Shown: positions 1 to 9,881, counted from the first letter of the stretch. The stretch: 63,729 nt of DNA from a virus (IMGVR_UViG_3300032316_001298:1-63729); one strand, 5' to 3'. The notes: a model not told the origin generated them from the letters alone. Made by a program: numbers and translations.

Positions 1-769
1 GGAGGCACAAAAAAGCCGCCCACCATTTGCGTTGGTGACGCGCAAATACGCTGAACAACTGGAACGCGAACTCAACGCCGCAAACGCAGAATTGGAACGT
101 GAACGCATGAGGTTAGCCGCCTGTGGCGTAGTAGCTGACGCTAATACTCCAGAATCCGCAAAGAAGTGGCGCAACATGCGCGACGAATATCGCAGCGCAT
201 CCTGTGACGGTGTAGCGAGGGCAGTCGATAGGGAAATGCGTTTGAGAAGGGCACTTCAAAAAATCGGAAACGATTGGTGCGTCCCGCCAATGATTGCAGA
301 TGAGGCGCTCACGGCGATTGAGGATGTGCGCGAGAACGCCGAAGCAGAGTGCGTTCAAATTGTGGACGGAATTGTCAGACCTGTTCCGTGGGACAATTGG
401 CGGAATTGCGCGAACCAACTTCTGGAGTCTTTGAAATACATCCACAGCATTTGCGAGGACAAGACCATCGAGCTTCCTGACGACGATTACGCGAAAGTAA
501 CCATCGACGAATGCATCATGGAAGCGGAGAGAGCTATGCAAAAATGCAAAAAGATGGAAGGAGAAGCGAATGTTCCGTTGGAAGAAAACGAAGGGCTTCA
601 CGAAGATATAATATTTTGGCTAACAAGGGCGGCAAATTGGACCGCCATTGCGGTGAGGATGGCGGAAGAGTTGCGTGGCTATGAGTCGTTGGCGCTCACG
701 CATCCGCATCTCTACCAAGGAAAAGGCGCGCTGCTGGAATTTGATAGGCTAAAGGAGAAGATGAAATGA
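1..769 (+). CDS. hypothetical coiled-coil phage protein (3' part)
   Basis: Frame open from base 2. Contains an 'AEQLERELNAA' motif shared with the next two genes. ATGA coupling to 766. Confidence 0.75.
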   Translation, partial: EAQKSRPPFALVTRKYAEQLERELNAANAELERERMRLAACGVVADANTPESAKKWRNMRDEYRSASCDGVARAVDREMRLRRALQKIGNDWCVPPMIADEALTAIEDVRENAEAECVQIVDGIVRPVPWDNWRNCANQLLESLKYIHSICEDKTIELPDDDYAKVTIDECIMEAERAMQKCKKMEGEANVPLEENEGLHEDIIFWLTRAANWTAIAVRMAEELRGYESLALTHPHLYQGKGALLEFDRLKEKMK

Positions 770-1047
770 GCGACACACCGATAACAGACAAGGCATTCCG
801 CGCGTTTTCTGGGGCCAACTTAGAGCGTGTTTATACCATTCGCGGTCTCCGAGAGCTTGAGGAAACAGTCCGCCGTCTGGAGCGCAGGCTTAACGCAGCT
901 AAACAGCGATGCGCCGAGATCGCTACAAGCGATGGCGTGGCGTGGATAGAGTTAAACCTTGAAAGAGATTACTTCCAAAAACGAGCAAACGAACTTCAAC
1001 GCGAAGTCAACCAACTCAAGCATGAATCAAAAGGAGCAACAAAATGA
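766..1047 (+). CDS. hypothetical protein (MSDTP.. / LERRLN type)
   Basis: ATGA-coupled ORF, N-terminus similar to the next gene. Confidence 0.75.
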   Translation: MSDTPITDKAFRAFSGANLERVYTIRGLRELEETVRRLERRLNAAKQRCAEIATSDGVAWIELNLERDYFQKRANELQREVNQLKHESKGATK

Positions 1048-1706
1048 GCGACACCCCCGAAATCGACGCTGCAGAGCTTTACTACGATGAGCTGGCTGTT
1101 GATGTAATTAGACCAACTGGCTTCGTGCCGATTGAGGTTGCGCGGAAGGTTGAAAGTAAGCTCAACGATGCGTTGAAAGAAAATGCGCGGCTAAGACCAG
1201 CCCTCATGGGTTTCAGCCAAGCCGAGGAGCTAATGGAACTGCGGGAGGACTTGCGAAAGGAGCAACGATGCTCCCTTGATTTGGCGAGACAGAACAACAT
1301 CCTGCAGGACTATAACAAAATCCTCGGCCAAGAGCTGCAGGATACCAAGCGAGAGCGCGATGAGTTAGTTTGCCAGAAGGAATGCTACCGAAGCCTGCGG
1401 AACGCCAACGCTGGGCTTGCGGAGGATTTGCGAAAAGCAAAGCTCGAACGTGGCGAGGCTTTGGCAGCACTCAAACAAACCTGCGCGACCAACACCGAAA
1501 TCAGGAGGGAGCTTGAGGAGGCGCGCCGAGAGATCGCCAAGCTCAAGGCCAGTTCCAACGAGAACTATTGGGAGCTATCGCGCCAGCGGGGCAATATGCT
1601 CTATGCGCTGCATGAGATCAGCGCGGCGGTGAAGCGGGGGATGAGGCAGGGGGGGGTCAGTATCGGGGAGACTGAGGCGCTTGAGCGCATGGAGGGGGGC
1701 AAATGA
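1044..1706 (+). CDS. hypothetical coiled-coil protein (MSDTP.. type)
   Basis: ATGA-coupled ORF, heptad-rich. Confidence 0.75.
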   Translation: MSDTPEIDAAELYYDELAVDVIRPTGFVPIEVARKVESKLNDALKENARLRPALMGFSQAEELMELREDLRKEQRCSLDLARQNNILQDYNKILGQELQDTKRERDELVCQKECYRSLRNANAGLAEDLRKAKLERGEALAALKQTCATNTEIRRELEEARREIAKLKASSNENYWELSRQRGNMLYALHEISAAVKRGMRQGGVSIGETEALERMEGGK

Positions 1707-1813
1707 GCGACGAATTTGAGCTTCTTCTCGGCTTTGGCGTGTTCGTGTTTCTGGCGCTGGCCGGGCTTGCGCTGTGCATTTGGGCGGTTGGCTACATGGA
1801 CGGGCGGAAATGA
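1703..1813 (+). CDS. small single-TM membrane protein (36 aa)
   Basis: Manually translated MSDEFELLLGFGVFVFLALAGLALCIWAVGYMDGRK, with ATGA overlaps at both ends. Confidence 0.65.
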   Translation: MSDEFELLLGFGVFVFLALAGLALCIWAVGYMDGRK

Positions 1814-1994
1814 TCTGTATGAGCCAAGCGAACCATGAGAAAGCGGTGTATCCGACTTTGGCGCAGGCCATTCACGCGCGCGGGGGTATGTGCGCCGTCA
1901 CCGGGGCAAACGGTTCCGGCACTTGCGGATCTACCGCGTCGAGACGGGCTGGTGCCTGACGGAGATGACAAAGGGACAGATGAAACAACCATGA
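1810..1994 (+). pseudogene. small basic protein interrupted by a -1 frameshift at G5 (1882-1886)
   Basis: MICMSQANHEKAVYPTLAQAIHARG continues in the -1 frame as YVRRHRGKRFRHLRIYRVETGWCLTEM...; that frame's stop overlaps the next ATG (1991). Confidence 0.55.
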
Positions 1995-2266
1995 AATTTT
2001 TAGCGAAAAGACCCAAGCGGTTCGGGTGGAAATCGGTGAAGACACCCGCAACACCCGCAACTCCCGCAAGACGCACGGGATGGAAAGTGCCGATGATGCA
2101 CAGGCTGGAATTGGAGCCGTTGCGGGAGTTGCGGGTCAGAGATGGGGGCTATCTGTTGGCGCCTTGTCTGGTGCTGTGGGCGGCGGCGTGGGGAACGCGG
2201 GAGGCTTACGAGTATGCTATGGCCAATATGGCGGCGGCGCGGGCCTGTGATTTTAGGAGGGTATGA
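1991..2266 (+). CDS. hypothetical protein
   Basis: ATG 1991 (MKFLAKRP), ATGA-coupled to 2263. Confidence 0.55.
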   Translation: MKFLAKRPKRFGWKSVKTPATPATPARRTGWKVPMMHRLELEPLRELRVRDGGYLLAPCLVLWAAAWGTREAYEYAMANMAAARACDFRRV

Positions 2267-2835
2267 TAACACGCAACATAGACCACGAAATCGGCGACAT
2301 CGTAATTGGCGAGACGCATCGCTGGACGCCTGCACATGACACCATAAGGCTGATTCATTTGGTGAGAGAAGTTCCCGGAGACATCCTGGAGATTGGCTGC
2401 AACACAGGAATCACGATCAAGGAGTTGGCAGAAGCCTTTCCCGATCGGACAGTGTATGGCGTTGATTTTGTGCTGGCCAAAGAGTCCATGACGGAGAAGC
2501 AAAAGTGGGAAGCGCCTGCGGCAGTGGGCATCATCGCCCGGCACCTTCATAATGTGAGGATTTTTGAGGAATCCTCGTTTACGTTTGACTACCGGAAGGC
2601 AGGTTCACCGAAAATTATTTTTATCGACGGCGATCATTCGTATGAAGGCGTCCGGCGGGACACTGAGAAGGCGATGGATCATCTCAGAGCCACGGGTGGC
2701 GGCAGAATCATCTGGCATGATTACCATGACAGGGAATCCGAATGGTGCGCCGTGAAGAGATACCTCAATGACAGTGTGCCGGAACACACGTTTATAGAAA
2801 ATAGCTGGTTGGCAATGTTAGATATAGGAGGCTGA
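2263..2835 (+). CDS. class I SAM-dependent methyltransferase (Methyltransf_24-like)
   Basis: Motifs ILEIGCNTG, IFIDGDHSYEGV, GGRIIWHDY. Confidence 0.85.
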   Translation: MITRNIDHEIGDIVIGETHRWTPAHDTIRLIHLVREVPGDILEIGCNTGITIKELAEAFPDRTVYGVDFVLAKESMTEKQKWEAPAAVGIIARHLHNVRIFEESSFTFDYRKAGSPKIIFIDGDHSYEGVRRDTEKAMDHLRATGGGRIIWHDYHDRESEWCAVKRYLNDSVPEHTFIENSWLAMLDIGG

Positions 2836-2836
2836 T

Positions 2837-3598
2837 TTGGACTATTACTTCCACAACAAAAACAACCGGATAGGCGATGAAATCCAGATGACCGCCTTTC
2901 TGCAATACATCAAACAGATGTATCCAGAAAAAACGATCTTTTATCGGGACGAGAATCCGTATTTTTCCGCCCGCGAATACTTTCCGGAGGGTCTGGTCAC
3001 ATTTTGCGAAGACCAGCCATCCGGCACAGAATGGCTTCATACGGGAAACCTTTGGACGAGCAGGAACATATTCGTGCGCCGTGGTATTTACACGCGCGTG
3101 AACAGACAACACTGCCCAGCAGAGGAGGAGCGTGCAGTGTTTTTTCCGCTTCTGTCGCCAGATTACAATCTTTCACGGCGAATGGACATCGAGGTGGTCA
3201 AAATGGTGCTGGCCGAGTATGGCAACTTGACCGTCTATGTTGATCCGCACAAGCCGCAGGACAAGGAGTTGTTGGATGCTCATGGTGTCCCATATTCTTG
3301 CGTGAGTCTGGGAGAGGCGATTGAAGCAATTTGTTCCTCTACTTGCTACATAGGAGGGGACACGGGGTTCACGCATATTGCCGGAGCGGCGGGTCATGCC
3401 AACGTCGTGGCTATTTACGGGAACAGCGACCACGACAAGACTGCGTTTCGGCATGACCAACAATGGTTTAGCGACCACTACAAAGAAGAAGACTCACTGG
3501 CCGAGTGGAACTACTGGTGCTCGTTGCCATGTTGTCCCCCCAAGCATCTGAGGACGATGATTATGGAAAACAACCGCCTATGCCCCCTTCCGAATTGA
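2837..3598 (+). CDS. glycosyltransferase family 9 (heptosyltransferase)-like protein
   Basis: N-terminal RIGDEI and C-terminal YIGGDTGFTHIAGAAG..VVAIYG. Confidence 0.75.
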   Translation: MDYYFHNKNNRIGDEIQMTAFLQYIKQMYPEKTIFYRDENPYFSAREYFPEGLVTFCEDQPSGTEWLHTGNLWTSRNIFVRRGIYTRVNRQHCPAEEERAVFFPLLSPDYNLSRRMDIEVVKMVLAEYGNLTVYVDPHKPQDKELLDAHGVPYSCVSLGEAIEAICSSTCYIGGDTGFTHIAGAAGHANVVAIYGNSDHDKTAFRHDQQWFSDHYKEEDSLAEWNYWCSLPCCPPKHLRTMIMENNRLCPLPN

Positions 3599-3617
3599 CA
3601 GGCGCGGAGGGGGCATG
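3595..3617 (+). promoter_or_regulatory. first copy of the TTGAC(A)-N13-16-start element (putative late promoter)
   Basis: TTGACA 3595-3600, ATG 3615. Same geometry at 6597, 9862, 11566, 14315, 15216, 16655, 17114, 18047, 23416, 33532, 45646, 48944. Confidence 0.75.
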
Positions 3618-3860
3618 GCAGCGAGCGACTGGGTAGAAATCTATGCGACCTACAGCGCGGGGGAGTTGGCGGCCGAGATTGATGCTTTGAAGAAGCTGGC
3701 GACGCCGCTTTCGTCGCAACAGATCGGGAGCAAGAGCTATACCAAGGACTTGAGAGAGGTGCGGGACCGGCTGCAGGCGGCGAACCGGGTGCTGCGGACG
3801 CGGAATGCGAGCGCGGCGGATTACACGGCGGTGGCGGACTTTTCGAGGATTGAGTTCTGA
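3615..3860 (+). CDS. lambda gpW-like head completion protein
   Basis: 81 aa immediately before the portal, helix-hairpin (QIGSKSYTK)-helix pattern. Confidence 0.6.
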   Translation: MAASDWVEIYATYSAGELAAEIDALKKLATPLSSQQIGSKSYTKDLREVRDRLQAANRVLRTRNASAADYTAVADFSRIEF

Positions 3861-5617
3861 TGGATCCCAAAATCACATTTCTGGACAAGGCGATTGCCGC
3901 CGTCTCGCCGGAGGCGGGGCTGCGGAGAATGGTGTCGAAACACTGGCTGCAAGAGTTTGAGCGGGGGGACTGGAACAAGGAGCAGCGCGGGTTTTCGGGC
4001 GGCAAGACGCGGCAGGGATCGCCGGAAACGCAGCGCAAGCAACGTCAGCGGATCAATCGGATCTGGGAAGCGCGGGACATGGAGGAGAAGTTCTGCTTCA
4101 TCCGTGGGGTGCTGGAGAAGCTGACGCAATACACGTGCGGGGCGATCACGTATCAGAGTCGCACGGGGGATTCGGACATCGACCAAGAATACCAGGACTA
4201 TTTCCATGATTGGTGCGGGCGGGCGGATTTGACGGGTCGATTCCGGCTGGCCGAGCTGGTGCAGTTGGGCTTTCGGGCCACGGCGCGGGATGGAGAATAC
4301 GGGTGGATCGTGATTCCCGATGGGGATGAGATCCGCTTGCAGCCGATCGAGGCCGACCGGATCGGCGGGCCGGATCAGGTGAGGGCGGAGGAGCGCAACG
4401 TAAACGGCATCCTCTTGGATGACTTGGGCCGCGTGGCGGGCTACGAGATTTACAAGCGGTCGCGCATGGCGCAATACACCAAAGAGACGTTCGATTTCGG
4501 GCTGGGCGCGGGCGTGGTGCCGCCGGAGATGTTTTTGCATTTGTTCCGGCCGACGCGGGCGGATCAATACCACGGGGATAGCTGGCTTTCGCCGCTGTTG
4601 CCGCACGCGCGGGACATTCATGAGTTGTTCGGCTTCGAGAAAATGGCCATGAAGTTTGCGGCGGCGTTTGCGGGCTTCATCCGGCGCAAAGATAGCGCCC
4701 CGACCGGCAGCGGGTTGGATTGGATGACCAAGACCGGCTCAACGAGCGGGCCGAATGCTTTCGAGGTGCAGGCGGGAATGGTCAAAAGGTTGCAAGAGGG
4801 CGAAGAAATCACCTTCCCCGGCAGCACGGGCCGCCCCTCCGGAAACCTGATTCAGTTTGTGGAAATCCTGATCCGCGAGATGGCCTTGGGGCTGAATTTG
4901 CCCTTTGGGTTTTGCTACAATATGGCGCTTTTGGGCGGGGTGACGGCCAGAATCGAGGTGATGCAGGCATGGCGGACGATCCAGCAATACCAGCATTTGC
5001 TCGTGGACAAGGTGTTGAACAAAGTGCGCGATCTGGTGCTGGAGCGGGCCATTGCCATGGGCAAGATCACGCCGCATCCGCTCTGGCAGGCGGGAGCATG
5101 GAATTTCGGCGCGCGGCTGACGGGCGACACCGGCAACTATGTGCAGGAGCAGATGCTTTTGCTGCAGAACGGCATTATTCCGCGCGGCAAGGTGATCGAG
5201 GAGATCGACGGATCGAGCAATATGGAGGTGGCGCGGACGCTGGCCCGCGAGGTCAAGCAGTTGCAGGAAGTCGCGGCGGAATCGGTCGTGCCGATCGAAC
5301 TAATCGTGCCGAGCATGGCCAACGCTACGCAAATGTTGGCGGCGATCAATATGCCTCCGGAAATGCCGCCGCCTCCGGTCAAGGGCTTGGTTGGCAAGGT
5401 CGGGGAAAAGACCGCCGCGCAACTGATCGACGTTTTGACGGCTTATGCCGAGGGCAAGTTGGAGCGGGAGAGCGCCATCGCAAGCCTTGTCTATGTCTAT
5501 GGGGTGCCACGGGCCAAGGCGGAGTCGCTGGTTCCGGAGAAGCGCCCGCAAGTGGAGCAAAGCAATGGAAGCGGAAATTCAAACAGCGGAAACGTCCGAG
5601 CAGACGGCGATGAATGA
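3860..5617 (+). CDS. portal protein, lambda family, with C-terminal extension
   Basis: LDKAIAAVSP N-terminus, RDGE, LQPIEADRI, NGILLDDLGRVAGYEI, HLFRPTRADQYHG motifs. Confidence 0.92.
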   Translation: MDPKITFLDKAIAAVSPEAGLRRMVSKHWLQEFERGDWNKEQRGFSGGKTRQGSPETQRKQRQRINRIWEARDMEEKFCFIRGVLEKLTQYTCGAITYQSRTGDSDIDQEYQDYFHDWCGRADLTGRFRLAELVQLGFRATARDGEYGWIVIPDGDEIRLQPIEADRIGGPDQVRAEERNVNGILLDDLGRVAGYEIYKRSRMAQYTKETFDFGLGAGVVPPEMFLHLFRPTRADQYHGDSWLSPLLPHARDIHELFGFEKMAMKFAAAFAGFIRRKDSAPTGSGLDWMTKTGSTSGPNAFEVQAGMVKRLQEGEEITFPGSTGRPSGNLIQFVEILIREMALGLNLPFGFCYNMALLGGVTARIEVMQAWRTIQQYQHLLVDKVLNKVRDLVLERAIAMGKITPHPLWQAGAWNFGARLTGDTGNYVQEQMLLLQNGIIPRGKVIEEIDGSSNMEVARTLAREVKQLQEVAAESVVPIELIVPSMANATQMLAAINMPPEMPPPPVKGLVGKVGEKTAAQLIDVLTAYAEGKLERESAIASLVYVYGVPRAKAESLVPEKRPQVEQSNGSGNSNSGNVRADGDE

Positions 5618-5741
5618 GTTGCAGTCCCTTGTGGACCGCGCCGACCGCCTGACGATGGATCTGGCCATTGCGCGTCGTGATTTGCAGCAGCTTCGCAATG
5701 GGATGCAGATGTTTATTCACAGGTGGGGGCAAGCGGTATGA
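5610..5741 (+). CDS. 43 aa ORF, possibly the frameshifted N-terminal leader of the next gene
   Basis: MNELQSLVDRADRLTMDLAIARR...; one extra G in G5 (5725-5729) would fuse it to 5738. Confidence 0.5.
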   Translation: MNELQSLVDRADRLTMDLAIARRDLQQLRNGMQMFIHRWGQAV

Positions 5742-8700
5742 ACGAACTAACTCCATTAGCAAAATCGGTCTGGCGCCATTACTATGGGAAGCTGAAGAAG
5801 CAGACGCGGGGTGGGAAATTGGGCAACCAGTTAGACGGCTATCTTCCGGGAGACAAGAATGCGTCGAAGCTGGGGGTGCTGTATCGCGGGACGAACCATC
5901 AGGAGGTGGAGAAGTTGGCGCAGGGGCGGTTCAAGTCATCGTGGACGAGTCCTGGCATTTTTCGAGGATCGCCTGACCGCAAGGCAACATGGGTAGCATC
6001 TAGTCCGCAATATGCGGCAACTTATGCGGTGACGGCCGCCCAATCGCGCATTGTCGCGTTAACGCCCGCAGTCTTAAAGCGTCGGGACAAAGGCGTGAGT
6101 GCGAGGATGGGGGAAACAACCATGACCGCTCCGATTCGAGGCGGTATCGGCCAAAAAGAAGTGCGTGGGCTACTCAAGGGGGAGGCTTTTTCACCGCAAC
6201 GGTGGAATACGCGCGGCATCAAAAAATGGAAGCCAGTTCCCTTGGGCGAGATTCAGAAGAAGCAGTTTTCCATGCACGAGTTCGGCAGCACGGGAATCAA
6301 GCGGTTGTTGCGGCGGAAGTTGGGGATGTTGAAAAGAGGAATCTACATTGAAACGCCCAAAGGGTCGCCATCCCTTCGCTTAGATCCGGGATCAACGATG
6401 ATGATGGTCTCAAAAAATGACCGCGCTCCTTGGCGGGTTGCACGCCAAAAGATTGATTACAAGACTAATAGGGCGTCGGAACAGATTTTCAAAAAGAGCG
6501 GGCGGAAAGATGGCGATCCGTATTTTCGGCCGCAAGAAATCTTCGATGGCAAAGAGTATGCGATCGAAAAACGAATGAAAAGAGGGTTCAGCCGAATTGA
6601 CAGGTCGGTTGTGGCGATGAACCGCCGTGATGCGACTCCGATTGGCTATGAGGGAGGGATTCCACTGACAGGGCGGGTTCCGCGTGATCGGTATATCAAG
6701 AAGATCCGCGATGAGGACTTGGATCGGCGCGATGCAAATCTGTTTCGAGCGGGTGTGAGCGGTGCGGCAGCGGGGGCTCTGCTTGGTCGCGGCCGGATGC
6801 CGTTGAAGGCAAGGGTGGCAATCGGCGCCGGATCAGGCTTGGCGGGTGTTCTCGGAATCCGGCAAGTGACCAAGCAGCGGCGTGACCCTTACGGCGAACG
6901 TCAGCGCGGCGACAAGAAGGCGGAGAGCATTCCGGCGCTGGCCGGGTTGGGTGCTGCGGGTTATGGCGCCTACAAGATTTTGCGGAAGAAGTTCAAGATG
7001 TCGGATGGTCGGAAGGTGACGGAACTGGCCGAGATGTCGGCTGCCCAATGGAAAAAAGCTACTGCGCGTATGCCCGACGATCCGCGTCAAAAAGCGGCGG
7101 CGAAGTGGCTAAAAAAACAAGGTCACAACTCTTATGTGAATTGGGGCTGGACTGATGGAGTCCACAAAACTTACAGCAAAAACTATAAAACCGAAGGAGA
7201 TCGCCTGCTTATTCATGAGGAAGATGGCAAACTGAACGTGCGCCGTGCGGGGGACGACAAGCTGGTCGCTTCATTTTCGTCCATCGAGTTTGCCGAGAAG
7301 AAGCGGCAGATGAACCCTTACGTGATGGCGGGTTTGTCGGGTGCGGCATCCGGTGCGGCATTGGGAATTTTGCCTTTGCTCCGTCGCGGTGTCGGATTCA
7401 AGACGGCTTTGCGCACGGCGGCGGGAGGTGCGGCGGCGGGCGGAACGATTGTCGGCGGTGGGTCTTTGCTCGGCAGCGCGATTTTGGGCGATCCTGACAA
7501 GAAGGAAGGGGCGGCTTTTACCAAGCGCGCGGCCGTGGGCGGCGCGATTGTCGGCGGGACGCTGGGAGTGGCCGGTGGCCTTGTGGCGCGGCGGGTTCCG
7601 GTGGTTCGTAAACAGGTTGGCAAATTGGCTAAAGAATGGCGTCCGGCCCAGTGGATCAAGAATTCGGGGCCGGTCAAAGCCGCAGCTATCGGCGGTGTGG
7701 CGGGTGGTGCTTATGGAGCCGGGACCGGCGCGGATGAAGGCCAGCAGGTCGATAGTATCCGAAATATCCGCAAGGATCTGAAGCGGATGCATGGGCTTTC
7801 GAGCCGGATCAAAGATTTCACATTCGAGATGTCGAAGGATTGGCGGGACATGCGGCGGGAGTCGCGCAGTGAGGCGGCGAAAGATGTTCTTTCGGGATCG
7901 GGGGTTTTGGCGGCGGGAGCCGGAGTTGGCGCGGGGGTTGGCTATGCCGGTTGGCGCGCGGGCAAGGCGCTGAATCAGGTCGGTGCCGTGGCAGACGATG
8001 CGCGCAAGGCGACTCGCGGGGCGCGGGTGGCAAGTGCGCGAATTACACGCGCTTCGCGCTGGATCAAGCGGCAACTGACCACGTTCCCGACGTTCCGCAA
8101 ATTCCGGGCCTTCCATGCTTCTGGGCAGCTCGTGGAGTTGGAGAAACCATTTCACGGCTACAACAAGAAGCGACACGCCAAGAGCGGCGGTCTGAATGAC
8201 AGCTTTCGCGCGAAATACAACCGCGAGCACGGGAGCAATCTGAAAAGGCCAGTGACCAAAGATCCGAGCAAGCTCAAGCCGGGAAGCAAAGCGGCCAAGC
8301 GCCGTGCATCTTTCTGTGCGCGCATGAGCGGGATGCAGGGGCCGACGAGCAAGGATGGCAAGCTGACGCCGAAGGGCGCGGCGCTCAAGCGGTGGAATTG
8401 TTCGGCCAAACAGGAACTTATCGAGATGAACGACAAAACCTATCGACCTGGCTCCACGGCGGAGATGCGGAGTATGAAAATGACTCCGGCAATCAAAGAA
8501 GTTCTGAAGAAGGAAAACTCGCGTGGTGCGATGGCGCAGAAGTTGCGGACGCTGATGAAGGTGCTGCCTTTTGAGGCGCGGTATGAATTTCAGACCATGG
8601 CGCCGATGAATCCGGTTTATGATGAGCGCGAGCGGCTGAAGCAGCAGTTGCTTGTCACCGGCGCGGTGGCGACACCGGTGGCCGGTGTAGGCTATGCAGG

Positions 8701-9859
8701 CTGGCGGTCCTTGCGGAAGTCGGCCAAGGCGATGCAGACGGAAGAGGCGCGGATGAAGCTGGGCCAGCAGTTACGAGCCGAGCGCCGTGCTTCGATGTCG
8801 GTGGGCGGCAAGGTGAACAACGCGCGGTTTGGTCCGAAGGGGCCGATTGCGCGTGAGCCGTTGCCGATCCGTAAATCCATGCAGCCGGATACGCTGGAGA
8901 GGAATCAGGCGACGAACAAGGCGATGGCCATGGGCAAGCGGTATGAGTCGGAGATCAAGAGTCGCTACCGAGCGGGCAGTAAGATGAAGATGGTGCACAG
9001 TCGCGGCGAGCGTAAGGCGATGAGGGCAACCTTGGCCATGTTGCGGACGAAATACAAATTTGCCCGCAAGGGTGCGGTGCATCAGTTCGCCATCTATGCG
9101 CGCGATGAGGAGACGGGGCGCGCGGCGGGGTTCTATGATTACGTGCAGGGGCGTTCGCTGACGCGGAAGAATCCGGTAACGGGCCGCGTCGAGGCGGCAC
9201 CGATCACCACGGGGGCATTCATCAGTGCGGCTCGTCGCAAGGCGGAGGAATACAACCGGACGCGCAAGCGCGGCATGGGGTTGGTGCGCGATGTCTCGGA
9301 AGTGTCGCAAGGTAAGAAAACCAAGAAGCGCGAGTGGGAGAAGAGTTGGTTCCAGAACAAGCTGCAGACGGCAGCGGGCGCAGCGGCTTTACTGGGCGCG
9401 GGTGTGGTCTATCGCAAGGGCGGGCTGCGTTCGGCTCCGAATTGGGCCAAGTCGTTCCGGCGCGGGACGGACGCGACGATCTCCCGTGCGCAAAATCTAC
9501 GGGCCACGGCGGAGGACCGCTTGGGCAAGATCATGGGTCTATCGGCCCGACTGAAGAACTCGGTGCAGATGTTCGATATGTATCAGGATTACTACAGCGC
9601 GCCGGGTTGGGATTTGCGCGATGCGCGTGGCAACAGCGCGCGGGTGTTTTCACCGAAGGCGAGGAAGCGGATGCGGCGCTCGGCGGAGTGGTATGAGAAG
9701 AAGGAGGGTCAGCGGAACATTTTGGGCGGACTGGCTGTGGCCGGAACGGTGGCGGGCACGGCGGGCGGATTGCTGGTCGGGCGCCGAATCTGGAAGCCGA
9801 AGGCGAAAGTCAAAATTGCCGAAAACGTGCTGAAAGGGCCGTGGAAAAAGAGGGCGTAG
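5738..9859 (+). CDS. giant basic modular protein (putative internal head polyprotein: ART-like, Gly-rich membrane hairpins, DUF6321-like modules)
   Basis: ~1370 aa, K/R-rich, between portal and protease. LYRG..WVASSPQYAATYA module; GGLN..NLKRPV..RRASFCARM..LKRWNC module; repeated linkers. Confidence 0.7.
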   Translation: MNELTPLAKSVWRHYYGKLKKQTRGGKLGNQLDGYLPGDKNASKLGVLYRGTNHQEVEKLAQGRFKSSWTSPGIFRGSPDRKATWVASSPQYAATYAVTAAQSRIVALTPAVLKRRDKGVSARMGETTMTAPIRGGIGQKEVRGLLKGEAFSPQRWNTRGIKKWKPVPLGEIQKKQFSMHEFGSTGIKRLLRRKLGMLKRGIYIETPKGSPSLRLDPGSTMMMVSKNDRAPWRVARQKIDYKTNRASEQIFKKSGRKDGDPYFRPQEIFDGKEYAIEKRMKRGFSRIDRSVVAMNRRDATPIGYEGGIPLTGRVPRDRYIKKIRDEDLDRRDANLFRAGVSGAAAGALLGRGRMPLKARVAIGAGSGLAGVLGIRQVTKQRRDPYGERQRGDKKAESIPALAGLGAAGYGAYKILRKKFKMSDGRKVTELAEMSAAQWKKATARMPDDPRQKAAAKWLKKQGHNSYVNWGWTDGVHKTYSKNYKTEGDRLLIHEEDGKLNVRRAGDDKLVASFSSIEFAEKKRQMNPYVMAGLSGAASGAALGILPLLRRGVGFKTALRTAAGGAAAGGTIVGGGSLLGSAILGDPDKKEGAAFTKRAAVGGAIVGGTLGVAGGLVARRVPVVRKQVGKLAKEWRPAQWIKNSGPVKAAAIGGVAGGAYGAGTGADEGQQVDSIRNIRKDLKRMHGLSSRIKDFTFEMSKDWRDMRRESRSEAAKDVLSGSGVLAAGAGVGAGVGYAGWRAGKALNQVGAVADDARKATRGARVASARITRASRWIKRQLTTFPTFRKFRAFHASGQLVELEKPFHGYNKKRHAKSGGLNDSFRAKYNREHGSNLKRPVTKDPSKLKPGSKAAKRRASFCARMSGMQGPTSKDGKLTPKGAALKRWNCSAKQELIEMNDKTYRPGSTAEMRSMKMTPAIKEVLKKENSRGAMAQKLRTLMKVLPFEARYEFQTMAPMNPVYDERERLKQQLLVTGAVATPVAGVGYAGWRSLRKSAKAMQTEEARMKLGQQLRAERRASMSVGGKVNNARFGPKGPIAREPLPIRKSMQPDTLERNQATNKAMAMGKRYESEIKSRYRAGSKMKMVHSRGERKAMRATLAMLRTKYKFARKGAVHQFAIYARDEETGRAAGFYDYVQGRSLTRKNPVTGRVEAAPITTGAFISAARRKAEEYNRTRKRGMGLVRDVSEVSQGKKTKKREWEKSWFQNKLQTAAGAAALLGAGVVYRKGGLRSAPNWAKSFRRGTDATISRAQNLRATAEDRLGKIMGLSARLKNSVQMFDMYQDYYSAPGWDLRDARGNSARVFSPKARKRMRRSAEWYEKKEGQRNILGGLAVAGTVAGTAGGLLVGRRIWKPKAKVKIAENVLKGPWKKRA

Positions 9860-9881
9860 AATTGACTGAACCAACACACTT

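Noticed and set aside
1-1706. Repeated MSDTP/LERELN modules in three tandem genes as a novel system
   Set aside because: Resembles a common shuffled small-protein motif in phages, with no functional clue in the sequence.
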